Assembly (NCBI GenBank): GCA_964016885.1
Contig: OZ024740.1
Span: 314,464,001-314,528,000 of the forward strand
Direction of reading: 5' to 3'
Length of the DNA stretch: 64,000 nt
Origin: Eledone cirrhosa
Lineage: Eukaryota
Shown: piece after piece, positions 50,431 to 63,467 of the stretch
Position numbering within the stretch: the stretch's first letter is position 1
Layout: every line of letters begins with the position of its first letter
The notes under the pieces: generated by a model
What the model saw: the letters and a program-made list of their open reading frames with translations, nothing else
Database searches by the model: none
What the model was told of the DNA's origin: nothing
Translations under genes and position numbers: made by a program

Positions 50431-51610
50431 GTAATGTGAGGAGTTTTTATAATTATTAGATGAGGATGTCTTCTCCCTCTTTCTGTCACACACACACACA
50501 CACACACACACTCTCCCTCCCTCTCTCTCTCTCTCCCTCTCTCTCTCCCTCCCTCTCTCTCCCTCTCTCTCTCTCTAAACAAATGACATTTCTTTTCACT
50601 CCCTATATCTATGTACATCACTTTTGCTTGTCACCCCCACCTCTCTATATATGGATGAGGGCGATGTTGTAACTTTCTGTCTATCCATCTGTTTCTGTCA
50701 CCTTGAAAACACTGCGTTCCCCTTTTTTTCTCGCTATCTATATACATATCTCTATCTTAGTACTCTCTTTCTCTCTATATAGATGAGGGCAATGTCATAA
50801 CTTTTTATCTTCCTCTTTCTTTCACCTCGAAAACAAATGGATTCATTTTTCTCTCATCTATGTACATATCTCTCACTTGGTGCTCCCCCTCTCTATATAA
50901 AGTGAGCATGACAGACAGACAGCGCTCTTATCATAATATAGATTTTTTTTTCTTGGGAAATAATATTGCACTTTTTATTTGTAAATAACACTTAACATTA
51001 TTTTTAACTTATCTTTACCTTTATTTTTCAAGTGTCAATGTAATATTCTTCTTCCTACTTAGTTTTATTGGGATACAGATAACTAGTTATTAGAATAAGC
51101 CCTACAAGATAAACAGCTATTTCAGCACGTAAACTTCACTTATGCATTTGTTATTTTGTATGAAATGACCATGAAACATTTGGATGATTTGTGTTGACCA
51201 CCAGAGAAATTCTCTAGTAATTAATTTTTGATAACTATCAGCAATAATATATTAATTTCTGTAATAATATATTAATTTCTTTTTAAAAAAAATGTATATC
51301 TTATCTCCCACATGACAAATTGAACCTAGTATAACAGCCATGTAGATAACTAGTACATAAATAACTAGGCACCGCATTAAACATGGAAGCATATACTTAA
51401 CCCTTTTGTGACTGCATTTCTAATGAAATATACTCTATTTCAATTAATTAATGAAGAATTTTGAAGGATTTATTAAAATTATTAATTATTTCATTTCTAA
51501 GATAGTAACTTAATGTAAGGTTATAGGTGATTTTATTTCATTAGAATCAGAGCCAGTTTTGATCAAGATGGTTACTAAAGGGTTAAAGGTTTTTCATTTT
51601 ATATTTGCAG

Positions 51611-51704
51611 GTAATGTTGTGAGTGATGCTCATCTTGTCAAAGATTCAGAAGGTATTCAGAATGTTCACTTTGGTATTACTAAAACTGGAATGCTATATT
51701 TTGG
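51611..51704 (+). CDS. NAGPA: NAGPA exon 3
   Basis: tttgcag|GNVVSDAHLVKDSEGIQNVHFGITKTGMLYFG|gtaagg; phases consistent. Confidence 0.92.
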
Positions 51705-53229
51705 GTAAGGAAGTCATCTGTGATATGAGAGTGTTAACTATTGTATGTGGTACTGGAGATATGAAGCTTGGTGCTCTGGCTTTGATGTTAGAGTGTTTCA
51801 CTGTTGTATGATGTAGAACACAGTGGGGAATGAGTTTGATCTTTAGAAATACAGTGACAACTCTGGACATGTTATAAGACATTTTATAAGACCTCTTCAG
51901 AAAAACATAGTCTAATTGTTACTGCAGCTCTTAGATTACTAGAGAAGTATATGGCTGTTGTTGTTTTAATGTTATAACTTCAGAAAATGACTGGAAAAAA
52001 ATAACCACTCTGTGTTTATTTACAAAAATGTTATCTATTTTTCTAGCCATCAAAGATCAACAATAACTCACAGATGTTGCTTTACTGAAGAGGTCGAATT
52101 GTCACCTTACTACTAATGATAAAACTCACCCCCACCTCACCCTACTCCATTCCATATTAAATTTTGGGGGTGATCTCCCCTGTCTTCTTTTTTTTTTACC
52201 AGAATTAGTAGTTTAAACAATTATCTTCCCCATTAGAGATTTATCTTATAATCATCTTAACGTCTGCTTTCCCTGCTAGCAAGGCTTGGATTAATTAAAA
52301 TTCCTTAGCTAACTACATCAAGTATGTTAGTGTCCACTTCTATATGAATGTATTGTAACTATGAAGCCAGGGTGTTAGATTATTGTATAATGTACTTTGG
52401 CTGTGTAGTTAGAGTTTTATACTCCTGTATAAGGTGCTATGAGCACTGATTTAGCAGAGTCGTTAGAACATCGGGTAGAATGTTCTTTGAAATTGAGTTT
52501 AAATCCTGCTGAGGTCAACTTTGCCTTTTCATCCTTTTAAGGTTGATAAAAAAGTACCAGTCTAGTACTGGAGTTGATTCTTTATAACTGTGGAGGAGTG
52601 TGGCTTAGTGGTAAGGGTGTTGGACTTATGATCATAATGTTGTGGGTTCAATTCCTCGATTGGGTTGTGTGTTGTGTTCTTGAACAAAACACTTTATTTC
52701 ATGCTGCTCCAGTATCCTCAGTTGAAAATGAGTACCAGCAATAGCGGGGGTGGAGTTGTTAATCCTGTGATGGACTGGTATCCTGCCCAGGGAAGTGTCT
52801 TGTGCTCTGTCATTTCGCACCACAGAAACCAATATAAGCATCAGCTTGATAAACTTCTGGGGTCAAGACAGACTTCAGACTAGAGAGAAAATGTTACTGG
52901 TACTTTATTTTATCAACCCTAAAAGGATGAAAAGCAAAGCTAACCTTGGCTGGATTTGAACTCAGACTTTATACTTTATATCTAACCACTTGACTATGAA
53001 GTAAGCAGAACACAATTGCAAGGATTGAACTTACTATCATGTAGTTAGCAGTGTATCCATCTGTTGATGTTGACTGTTCTGAGATATTCTTAACTTTATG
53101 TTTAAAAATATGTTCTTATTAAAGTTATTTTGATACTGATTATAAACTGTTTGCTGCTGTATTTCAAATGATACTCATTGATTACAAATTTATCTTTCTT
53201 AATTTTGTAAAATGTTTTTGCTTCTTCAG

Positions 53230-53363
53230 ATATTTATCAGAAATAGATATTGTTGCAAAAGACTTTATTCAACTTGTTGGTGGCGTTATCTGGCTGGTTA
53301 GAGATGGAAATATTTATGTTGATGAAAGTGCAAAAATAGAATGTTCTGAAATACAAGAAAGTG
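53230..53363 (+). CDS. NAGPA: NAGPA exon 4
   Basis: cttcag|YLSEIDIVAKDFIQLVGGVIWLVRDGNIYVDESAKIECSEIQESG|gtaagt. Confidence 0.93.
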
Positions 53364-53956
53364 GTAAGTTCTGAAACACTAAGCTACAAATATTGTTGAT
53401 GCATTTGCTGCTGTTTTTGGATTGGCTGTCAATTTATCAATAAGTATTATAATTTTCTATCGGTTGACTGAATAAGCATGTGTTTTTTGGGGGGGGGGGG
53501 GGGGGTTCTGTTTCTTCCTTTTCTCACTCTCTATCTTTCTATTTCATGTTTTATTTTTCATTCTATCTTCTGATTAAGGACTAGTGTCTAAAACATTAAG
53601 ACTCTTTCCCTATTATTTCAAGTGTAAAACTAATATATTTTCTTCATTGTATTGTGTCATTCTTTGTTATTTCAATTTACTTTTTAACATGTATATATAT
53701 GATAGTGTAACATTATAGTTCTCACCAATGGTGTCTATATATAACAGTTGGCATTGAATGTTTCTACATTTGTTCATAAATTGCCAAAAACATAAAAGCC
53801 AGCATACAAAGACAAAAAGGGAAAATACAGTAAAGGATCTTTCTTCTACTCATTAAACTAACAGACTGTTTTGGGGGGAGAAGTTGAAATTACCCTTATA
53901 TAAAAAAAAATAAAGGCATATCCACTTGATCAGCAAGTATTCACTTATCAATGTAC

Positions 53957-54785
53957 TAGCATTAAAGACCGGCGTTGCTCGGGGTCAGTAAGTTACCAAA
54001 GTTAGGTTGCACCACCCATTTTATGGCAGCACTTTTTTGTCTGCCAGGCACTGGGTGAATGAATTGCAGACCTGGACTGCCGAAGCAGGAGCTGCGCCAG
54101 CAGTGACAATTGTAGTTTCGCCTATGGATATTATCTCTGTGCAAAGAAGTATTGAAATTTATTGTTTCACAGTACTTGCGCAACACGCACGTAGATGATG
54201 CCAGCCAAACAACAGAGCTGCGATGAGTTGTTCTGCATGGTTGTCTAATGTGTGTTTTCTAAATTTAAGACAGTAGGGAGGGGTGTGAGAGTTAGCTGTT
54301 GTTTCTAGCAGGTTTAGTGACCTCATAGAGGATATGTGTTTTCTAAATTTAAGACAGTAGGGAGTGGTGTGATATGGGGGAGAGTTAAGTTCTCTTTGTC
54401 ATTGAAGTAAATAAATGTATGACCGTTCCACACTCAAAAACAAATGTTCTCTCACTCTCTTCTCTCTCTCTTCGGCATTCCTAAAGGAAGTTTGTAAGCA
54501 TGTATGTAGTTTTATCGAATTTGAAGGGGAGTAGAGAGAGGTAAGCAGATTCTATTAGAGGGGTAAAGCGTCATGTATTTAGTTTTATCGATTATTTCCA
54601 TAATTGTGGGTGAGTTTGAATAGAATAAATAGTCGTTGACCTAAGTTAGACCATTTACAACATTCTCACAGACTTTGAGTCGAATCGGTTTGAAATTGTG
54701 CAAATGTATAAACATGGAACATGTGCACACACACAACAACAACAACAACAACAACAACAATCTGCCTTTTATAGATAATGAAGAC
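53957..54785 (-). mobile_element. Non-autonomous Helitron-like element, intronic
   Basis: Minus-strand 3' end CCCCGAGCAACGCCGG hairpin ... CTAG|T; (CAA)n and TTTTATAGA near the other end. Confidence 0.55.
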
Positions 54786-55502
54786 AACCATTAGCCCACT
54801 GATGCTTTCTGTTTCTCTCCTAATGTCATTAGAACTTGAGTGTCACCTCCAGGTAAACCCAGCCAATGTGTTTCATCTATAATAAGGCATTCTATTCATT
54901 CACTTTCTAATTTTTCCTCCTTAAAACTCTAGAACTTCTTGCGTCTCTATATCCTACTTCTTTCTAAAAAAAAAAAATCATCACTGTTTAACCATTTAGC
55001 ATTTAAACTGGCCATATAGGCCAGAATTCTCACACCTCTTTCTGTTCAAACCGGCCATAACCGGCTGCTCATACTTATGTTAAGGTATTGTTCTCAAAAT
55101 AAATAATTGTTTCTACTTTAGGCACAAGGCCAGCAATTACCCAGTGCATTACTGGTACTTTATTTTATCGACCCCGTAAGGATGAAAGGCAAAGTCAACC
55201 TCGGCGGGATTTGAACTCAGATCGTAAAGGGACGTAACTATGCTGGAAAGCATGGCGTCCAACCCTCCACCGATACTGCCAATCCACCAACCTAAAATAA
55301 ATAACATCAAAATCTCAGATTCAATATTATGTGAGATAATTACGTGAAATAAAGTGTTTACTGTGAAAATACAATAGTAAATATAATAGTATTATAGAGT
55401 AACATAAATGCTAAAGGGTTAACATCTATTTTCCATGCTTACATGAGATAGACAGGTCAGACGACCACATCTTGCTCATATGTTTGGCTTGGTCTCTACA
55501 GC

Positions 55503-55704
55503 TGTATGTGGATCAGCTGAAAAGTTCATAGGCTTACTATGAAGGAGTGATGTTAGAGCTGTAAAATCTTGACATGCAATAATATAACTCTTCTTATTAA
55601 TAACTGTATTCTTTCCAGGGACTATGTTGAAAAATAAACCTCATTTGGTTATTTCATGAGAGTATCTTGGTCAGACTGTGAACTTTTCAGCTGACCCTTG
55701 TACA
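55503..55704. mobile_element. Tc1/mariner-like MITE
   Basis: TCAGCTGAAAAGTTCA / TGAACTTTTCAGCTGA inverted ends, TA-flanked. Confidence 0.65.
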
Positions 55705-56154
55705 TCCACCATATCAATCCCCCTGTCTGAGATCAGTTACATTGCCAATGTCCACTGGCCTTTATCAAATATCATCATTATCATCATCTTTCTTCTTTCT
55801 GTGTTAGTGTGGGTTGGACAGGTTGTTGTTTATGCACATTCAAGACATGTGTCCAAGAACGAGGTTAAGTGTTGAATGGAATAAGAATATAATAGAAGAA
55901 TGAGTAATTGGAGGAAGAGGGGGACAGAGGGTGGAATAATGAAAGAGACAGTGGGGACAACACCTAATAAAACTTGTGAAAAGTAATGTGTGCTTTTTTA
56001 CTAATAATATGTATATTTCAATCCATGCACGTGGAAGCGTATGGGAGGGACGATGGAGGAGAAAGTCTTACATCTAGTATACATCGTCTTGCCTTCCATC
56101 ACCCCTTCCATATACCTCCCATGCCATAATACCCCACCCACATCCTAACACCCC

Positions 56155-56498
56155 ACCCACACTGTAAAGTGGTCATGAAGGTGTCACGACAAAAAGCATC
56201 TAGTCCACACTGTAAAGTGGTTGTGTAGGTGTCACAACAAAAAGAGCCCAGTCCACACTGTAAAGTGGTTGTGTAGGTGTCACAACAAAAAGCACCCAGT
56301 CCTCACTGTAAAGTGGTTGTGTAGGTGTCACAACAAAAAGCACCCAGCACTCACTGTAAATGAGGTTGGTGTTAGGAAGGGCATCCAGCTGTAGAAACCA
56401 AGCCAAAATCAGTTCTGTATGAGCAAGACATGGTCACCTGACTTGGCTTGTATCACAACAGGACAACTTGTCTAACCCATGCTAGTGATGATGATGAT
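56155..56498 (+). mobile_element. Bipartite RTE derivative with ~48-bp tandem units
   Basis: Four copies of CACTGTAAAGTGGTTGTGTAGGTGTCACAACAAAAAG.., then TTAGGAAGGGCATCCAGCTGTAGAAAC and a (GAT)n tail. Confidence 0.65.
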
Positions 56499-58133
56499 AA
56501 TAAATAAACAATGATTTCTCCTATAGGCACCAGACCAACAATTTTTAGGGGGAGGAGAAAGTCAATTAAATCAACCTCATTACATTACTGGTACTTTATT
56601 TTAGCGACCCAGTAAGGATGAAAGGCAAAGCTAACCTCAGCGGGATTTAAACTTAGAACATAAAGAGCCATAATTCTATGCTATGAAGCATGTTGTCTGA
56701 CACTACCGATACTGCCAGTCCACCACTCTAAATAAATAATAGTACTTTTTAAACACTAGTATTACTTCTCTGTCATAATGTATGAGAATCTCCTGCATGT
56801 TATCTTACTGTTAAACATAAACCAGATTAATGGAAATCAATAGCCTGTTAGTATTACTTGTTATACACAGTTATCAGGTTTGATGATATTAAATATGATG
56901 ACTACTCTCATATGCTGCATCTAGTAGTTGCTAGTTTATCGACTATAAACCATGTACAAGGGTCAGCTGAAAAGTTAATAGGCTGACCAAGATACTCTCA
57001 GGGAATGACCAAATTTTTCAACATAGTCCCCAGAAGAAACAAGACAAGAGTTGAATAAGAAGAGTTGAAATTAATACATGCAGCAATATTCAGTGATTCT
57101 AAACACCATTTGACATCTAAACAGAGCTAGAAAGTAAAGAACCAGACAAGGGAAGAAAAGTAACATCCTAGGGTTAACCCTTTAGCATTTAAACTGGCCA
57201 AAAAGGCCAGAATTCTCTCACCGCTTTCTGTTCAAACCAGCCATAACTGGCTACTTATACTGATGTTAAGGTATTGTCCTCAAAATAATATCAAAATCTC
57301 ATAGATTCAATATTATGTTAGGTAAAGCCTTTACTGTGAAAATACAATAGTATATAGAGATTAATGTAAATGCAAAAGGGTTAAAGCAGTTTACTAACTA
57401 ATCTGATAGACATTGCAGTGTTTATGGAGCTTTTCATATGAAAATTTTGATTATTTTATTTGGATGCTTAACAAAAAGGATTGTAAAACTTATTTATTTA
57501 ATCAATTTAAACGTCCACATAGAGCTAGTAAGCCATGACAGACCAGAGGAAGTATCTAATACTTCTTAAGAACAATATTGTGATGAAAATTACAGTAATT
57601 AGTTGGAGAATCTTGAAAGTAGGAATCAAAGTAGTCAGATCTTCAAGAGAAATTGAAATTACATTAATGTCAAAATTGTGGATGCCAAAAATTTTCAAAA
57701 AAAAGGATTTATATGGAAAACTGCATTAGAGCTTTAATTTGATAAGCAAGATATTATGAGTTTAATTTTAGTTCATAAACACTCTTTTTACAACATTGTT
57801 ATTGTCTATTATTACGTGATTAAAGGCTCTTCCTAAAACATTAGATACTCAAATATAAGCCAGTTCCCTTATTTTGTCTGAGAAATGGTCAAAAATCCAA
57901 ACCCCATCTATAAGCCAAGACAGCTAATCAACATATTGTTTAGATGGCATATATAAGCCAATCCCCACTCCTTCCATTTTACCATCTTTGTTTTTGTTTT
58001 TGTTTTGCTTTTTGGTCACATATTCCTCAGCTTATATTCGAGTATAACACAATATTTTTCTCTTCACAGGACATTAACATATTTCACTTGTTGCTTCATT
58101 ATTAAATCAATAACTTGACTGAAAAGACAGTAT

Positions 58134-58780
58134 TATAGCAATTAGTTGTTGGTCGATGTTGGTAGTTGATTGTGTTGTGGTGTTGATTCATTTGTTGCGT
58201 GCATGCTCACTTGTAGCTTGCTGTGTTGTGTGGTCACTTTTGTGTGATACAGTGTGACCAGAGGTTGCATGTGTGCATGTAAGTGAGTAAGTGTTCAATA
58301 AGACAATGATGATATGATAGTTCCTTGATCACAGAAAATGAACCACGATGACACCAAACCACTATATTATTAATTTATTGAAAATAACTCATGCCGGAGC
58401 TATACTAAAAATATACAGGGATTATGGACGTTAGTTGTTTGTTTGTAAAAGTAGAATTAAATTGTATTTACCAAGAAAACTTCATGAACTTCACTGGCTT
58501 GGCTAAAAGAGAGACCAAGAGATAGATTGAGTGAAAGAGAGAAAGTAAGAGTCTGTAAGACCAGGAGAGTGTCAGTCTGTAGACCCCAAGGGGCCTGTAG
58601 AAAGCAAATTTTTGCTTCGTCTAAGACAGGCTATTTATATCTGTCGCTTCCTCTGTCCCCTGCCTTGAGGACCTCGATAGATCGCCCACGCACAGACTTG
58701 TTTACGCCAAAATGGAGGTAACCCAGAATTTGACCGTTAAATGTCACCCAGGAGTCAAGGTGTGGACAGATTTCGCTACA
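58134..58780. mobile_element. Putative solo LTR
   Basis: Termini TATAGCAA (decayed TGTAGCGAA) and TTCGCTACA, flanked by GTAT at 58130-33 and 58781-84. Confidence 0.5.
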
Positions 58781-58788
58781 GTATGTCA

Positions 58789-58963
58789 TAGTAGTTAGTT
58801 TTCAGTAATCACTTGAAACTCCACTGGGACTTTCTATAATTTTTTTATGTCTGTATGAAATTAGAATATTCCATGTATAAAATATTTTAACTTCATACAG
58901 AGAAGTAAATATTTTCAGAAAGTTCCAGTGGTAGTTTATGTGATTGCTGAAAACTAACTACTA
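58789..58963. repeat. 175-bp imperfect palindrome (MITE-like)
   Basis: TAGTAGTTAGTTTTCAGTAATCAC...GTGATTGCTGAAAACTAACTACTA; pairing continues towards the centre. Confidence 0.8.
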
Positions 58964-59130
58964 AATAAAACCCTTATGGCATATGGCCATGTTTAAAATA
59001 TCCTATTTTGATCGCTTGCCATTTTACAGAACTAGTTGAAACAAGTTTAAAAACCTTATTTTTACTTTGCTTATTCAATTGAATTTTGCTTTGCTTCTAT
59101 ATTAAGTTGAATTTGTTTTAATTATTTTAG

Positions 59131-59239
59131 GTAATTTTGATAGATTTGTATCTGTGATATCTGCACGTGCAGCTATTGGTCATGATAAAGAAGGCAGGGT
59201 AATAATGGTGCAAGTTGATGGAGAAACAGACAAACGTGG
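59131..59239 (+). CDS. NAGPA: NAGPA exon 5
   Basis: ttttag|GNFDRFVSVISARAAIGHDKEGRVIMVQVDGETDKRG|gtaatt; includes the SARxAIG motif. Confidence 0.93.
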
Positions 59240-59699
59240 GTAATTAGAACGTTTTATTTTTATTTATTTCCTGATATATTTTTCACCATGATTAGACAGA
59301 AAAGCCACATCTTTTTAGCGGGAGAGAAGAGTATGATGTTCATACCTTTTCCAAGGACATAGTGTAAGTGAAGTTAAGTTATATTGAGTATCAAAACCAA
59401 GTTGTCATCTTAACCAGACAAAAGCTGACATTTTGTTCTACTGCATTTTTTTGTTTTCTTCAAATTATTATGATATTGTGTAGGACGGCTGGCCGGCAGA
59501 ATCAGTAGAGTATCAGACAGGAAATAACTATATGCTTTGCAGCATATAGTTACTTCCTTTTATGTTCTGAGTTCAAATGCTGCCAAAGTTAGCTTTGCTT
59601 TTCAACCTTATGGGGTTGATAAAATAAAGTACCAGTATCGATTTAATTGATTTTCCCCTAACCTTCAAATTGCTGGCTTTGTGTCTATTGTAGAAATGG

Positions 59700-60185
59700 T
59701 TCATCATCATCTCATCATCTTCGTTTAACGTCCATCTTCCACGCTAGCATGGGTTAGACGGGAGTTGTCCCACTTGAGGCAAGATTGGTCGGGTGACCGT
59801 GTCTCGCTCATATAGGACTATCTGGCAGGTTTTCTACGGCTGGATGCCCTTCCTAACACCAACCACATTTACAGTGTGGAACTGGGAACTTTTTACCGTG
59901 TTACCTACACGGCCACATTACAGCGTGGACTGTGTTTTTTTTTTTTTGTCGTGACACCTACACAATCTCGATCTCATTATCTCGTTTATTTGCACTGGAT
60001 GTTGTGGTACCAACTTTACAGAGAGAGGGTGGTGTTAGTGAGAGGATAGGGTAGGGGTAGTGGATTGGGGTGTATATTTGGTTAAGAGATGTCTACTGAC
60101 TGTAGGTTTCGCTTTGTACATAGGCAAGGCGGGTCTTTTGTATTACTGGGTAGCACCAAAGATCTGGGTCAGTGACATTGTCTTA
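59700..60185 (-). mobile_element. Bipartite RTE derivative
   Basis: Homologous to 12680-13140. Confidence 0.65.
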
Positions 60186-60800
60186 GGAATTTATCAAATC
60201 GTTCCAGGTTTTTCTGGGTCTACCTACTCCCTGACTAACATCAATTTTGATCACCCTGCACTTTTTTATACAGCTGTCGTCTTTCATACGCATCATGTGA
60301 CCATACCAACGTAGTCTTCTCTCAAGTAAACAGCATCTGATCCCTCTTATTCCTAATTTCTCACTTAGTTCATTTATGCTTTGCCGTTCACGTATCTTAC
60401 TATTACACATCCAATGGAGCATGCATGCTTCGTTCCTTTCCAGTCTGCGCAGCTCCTCTGTACGCAATGCCCATGTCTCACTGCCATGTAGCATTGCTGT
60501 TCGTATACAGGCATCATACAATCTGCCTTTCATTTTTAGAGAGAAACCTTTTGTGGCCAACAGCAGTATAAGCTCTCTGAACCTTTTCCATCCCGTTCTG
60601 ACTCCGGCTACTGTACTTTCAGAACACCCTCCACCACTGCTGATTTTGTCACCCAGGTAACAGAAAGTGTCCACTATTTCTATAGAACCATCTGGGCAAT
60701 AGAAGGAGATAGTATCCTGTGGGCACTTCCTACTTATTGCACCTGAGCATTGGCCACATATAAAGTCTACGTTCTTAGATAGTTTACCTGTGATCCCAAT
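60186..60800 (-). mobile_element. RTE LINE post-RT fragment
   Basis: FCYLGDKISSGGGCSE..GWKRFRELI..KGRLYDACIRTAMLHGSETW..RRLRWYGHM..GRPRKTW. Confidence 0.88.
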
Positions 60801-60870
60801 GGTTATTAATATTTCAATGATTTGATATTATTGTTGTTACTAATTACACATTTAACATCTAACTTTCCAG

Positions 60871-60999
60871 CATCAACTTGTATGAACTTGCTAATGTCAT
60901 GAAAGACCTTGGTGCAGTTAATGCTATGAATTTAGATGGTGGTGGGTCAGTTACACTTGTTATGAATGGAACATTGGTCAACACTCCATCAGACATATG
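60871..60999 (+). CDS. NAGPA: NAGPA exon 6 (catalytic NLDGGGS motif)
   Basis: ttccag|INLYELANVMKDLGAVNAMNLDGGGSVTLVMNGTLVNTPSDIC|gtaaga. Confidence 0.95.
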
Positions 61000-61277
61000 G
61001 TAAGAATAATATTTTAATACAACCCTTGTATCAGTTCTGAAGTTGAAAATACTACATAGTCTGTGTGTGTTTGTCTGTCTGTCTGTCTGACTGTTTGTTT
61101 GTATATGTGATCACATATGAATGCCTATGTCAGTGTTTGCATTTGTGGATGTCTGTGTCTTTATGTTTCACAATTTACTGAAGACATTTGTTAATGTACC
61201 TTAACTAACAATAGCTACTACTAATTAATCTCAGCCAAATCAAACATTCACTATTCCAACAGATGTTTTATATACTT

Positions 61278-61638
61278 CGTTTTAATGTCTGCTTTACCAT
61301 GCTTGCATGGGTTGGTCGGGTCCTTCTCAGCACAGCATCTCTCCACTTGTTGCGTTCCTTCGTCATTTCCTCTTCCAGTCTTAGCAATTTCAGGTCATGT
61401 CTTTCTTGGTTGTCCTCTATTGCGGCTTCTTTCCAAAGGGATTTCCTGGCATTTCTTCACCCATAATTAATTGTCCATGCACATCACATGTCCAGCACAG
61501 TCTTCTCTCCTGCACACCATCTCGGATTCCCCTTAAACCCAATTTCTCCCTCAGCTTGACCAAGCTTGGCCTTTCTCTCACATTTACATTACACATCCAA
61601 TGAAACACAGTTGCTCCATTTCTCTCCAGTCTATGCAT
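61278..61638 (-). mobile_element. RTE LINE 3' fragment
   Basis: RLERNGATVFHWMCNVNVRERPS..LREKLGLRGI..ERRL, plus the RTE 3' terminus. Confidence 0.8.
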
Positions 61639-61699
61639 ATTTGTTTTATTATTTTGATTCTGTGTTTTATTTTTTTATTTTTTATTTCATCTTATTTAG

Positions 61700-61899
61700 C
61701 AGTGATAAGAAGTTTCGATGTCTTCGTAACGTGTCAACGATATTGTGTGTCCACGAGCCAGTTTGTGATCCTCCTGACTGTAATGGACATGGTCAGTGTA
61801 TCTTAGGTCATTGTAAATGTTCTGGTTACTGGTCAGGTGATCAGTGTCAAGTCGTCAAATGTGAAAATGACTGCAGTAGACATGGGAAATGTACAGAAA
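61700..61899 (+). CDS. NAGPA: NAGPA exon 7 (end of catalytic domain, EGF-like repeats)
   Basis: tttag|SDKKFRCLRNVSTILCVHEPVCDPPDCNGHGQCILGHCKCSGYWSGDQC..CSRHGKCTE|gtaagt. Confidence 0.93.
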
Positions 61900-62138
61900 G
61901 TAAGTAGAAAAGTTCTAGAAACATTTCAAACTTGTTTCAATGGACATATCTGATTAATTAAGGGAAATACTTAATGAGACAGGTTAATAGAGGAGAAAGT
62001 TGCATCCATTTATGTCAAATCCTTAATTTAGTGATTCAATAAATATGGCTCAATAAAATAAATACTGGAGATATGCTTGACTAAAACACTTGAAGTTAGT
62101 GCCTTACCATGGCCATTGGCCAGTAAAAATGTAAAAAA

Positions 62139-62191
<53 letters not shown>

Positions 62192-62203
62192 AAGTTTAAT
62201 ATA

Positions 62204-62281
62204 GAAATGGCTTCTACAGGACTAGAACTGTTTTATTCATTCTTCTGAATGAAACAGTTCTAGTCCTGTAGAAGCTATTTC
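62204..62281 (+). other. 36-bp stem hairpin in a NAGPA intron
   Basis: 62204-62239 pairs with 62246-62281 with only two G-U wobbles; 6-nt loop. Confidence 0.8.
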
Positions 62282-63290
62282 GATATGTAAACGAAACTTC
62301 ATAATTTTTCTTAATATATATACACTCTGCTTGTGCATCGGGTGCTCATATTGGTACCATCACCAGATATTCACTGAATCACATAGACAAGATAGATAGA
62401 TACTTAGATATATCTATAGATAAGCTGTCTATGATTTCTGCAGTTATTTCTTAGAATTTCCTCGATGTGCAAGCATGTGGCTATTCTTCAGATTTTTCTG
62501 GAAAGTGAAGCATGAGTTGCATTAGACATGCTCCACTTTTCTGATTAATTACTTATTGATCACTGTTAAGCTAGGCTACCATTGATTAAGCCAGGTTAAA
62601 TGGTGGAGAAATATGCTCAGCTCATAATTCTACTGAGGTTGTATTCTGCTGGCAGGGGCAGTCGTTCATTGGTTCTTTCTAGAATTATATTCTATGTTGC
62701 TTGAATGGAACTTGATCAAAGTAAAAGTTCCTTGGTCTCCTACAAAATTTTACCTTGTGCCTAATCAAAAGAAATCATTATTATTTTAGTTTAAAAGAAT
62801 GATAGATTGGTAATACCGGTAGAGCGTCGGACAACATGCTGTGGAGCATGTAATTACAGCCCTTTCCATTCTGAGTTCAAATCCTGCCTAGGTTAGTTTC
62901 GCCTTTCAACCTTACAGAGTTGATAACAAAGTACTTGTAATGCACTGGGGTTGATTTAATCAACTTTCCCCTCCCTCAGAATTGTTGGCCTTGTGCCTAA
63001 ATCAGAAACCATTATTATGTTTAACCCTTTAGCATTTACATTACTCTATTTTTACTATTGTATTTTCATGGTAAGGGTTTTATCTCACATAATAATCTCA
63101 CATAATATTGAATCTATGAGATTTTGATATTATTTTATTTTGAGACCAATACCTTAATGTTGGTATGAGTGGCTTGTTACAGCCGGTTTGAACAGAAAGA
63201 GGTGAGAGAATTCTGGCAAGATACAGCCAGTTTAAATACTAAAGGGTTAAAATATTAATGTGGTTGTTTGTATTATTATATTTTTATTAG

Positions 63291-63467
63291 CTGGTTGTCT
63301 TTGTACTGAAGGATGGATGAGTGATGATTGCCATATTCCATGTCCACATGGTAGGTATGGAGTCAACTGCAGTCAACTTTGTCTCTGTCAACATAATTCC
63401 ACATGTAACCCTTCTACTGGTGCCTGTACATGTCTAATGGGATATGTGGGAGAATTCTGTCAAGAAG
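63291..63467 (+). CDS. NAGPA: NAGPA exon 8 (EGF/laminin-EGF-like); gene continues beyond the window
   Basis: tattag|GCLCTEGWMSDDCHIPCPHGRYGVNCSQLCLCQHNSTCNPSTGACTCLMGYVGEFCQE|gtaaga. No TM segment or stop codon found before 64000. Confidence 0.9.

Noticed and set aside
56155-56360. Regular ~48-bp repeats resembling a CRISPR array
   Set aside because: No unique spacers, eukaryotic context, and part of an RTE-derived 5' UTR.
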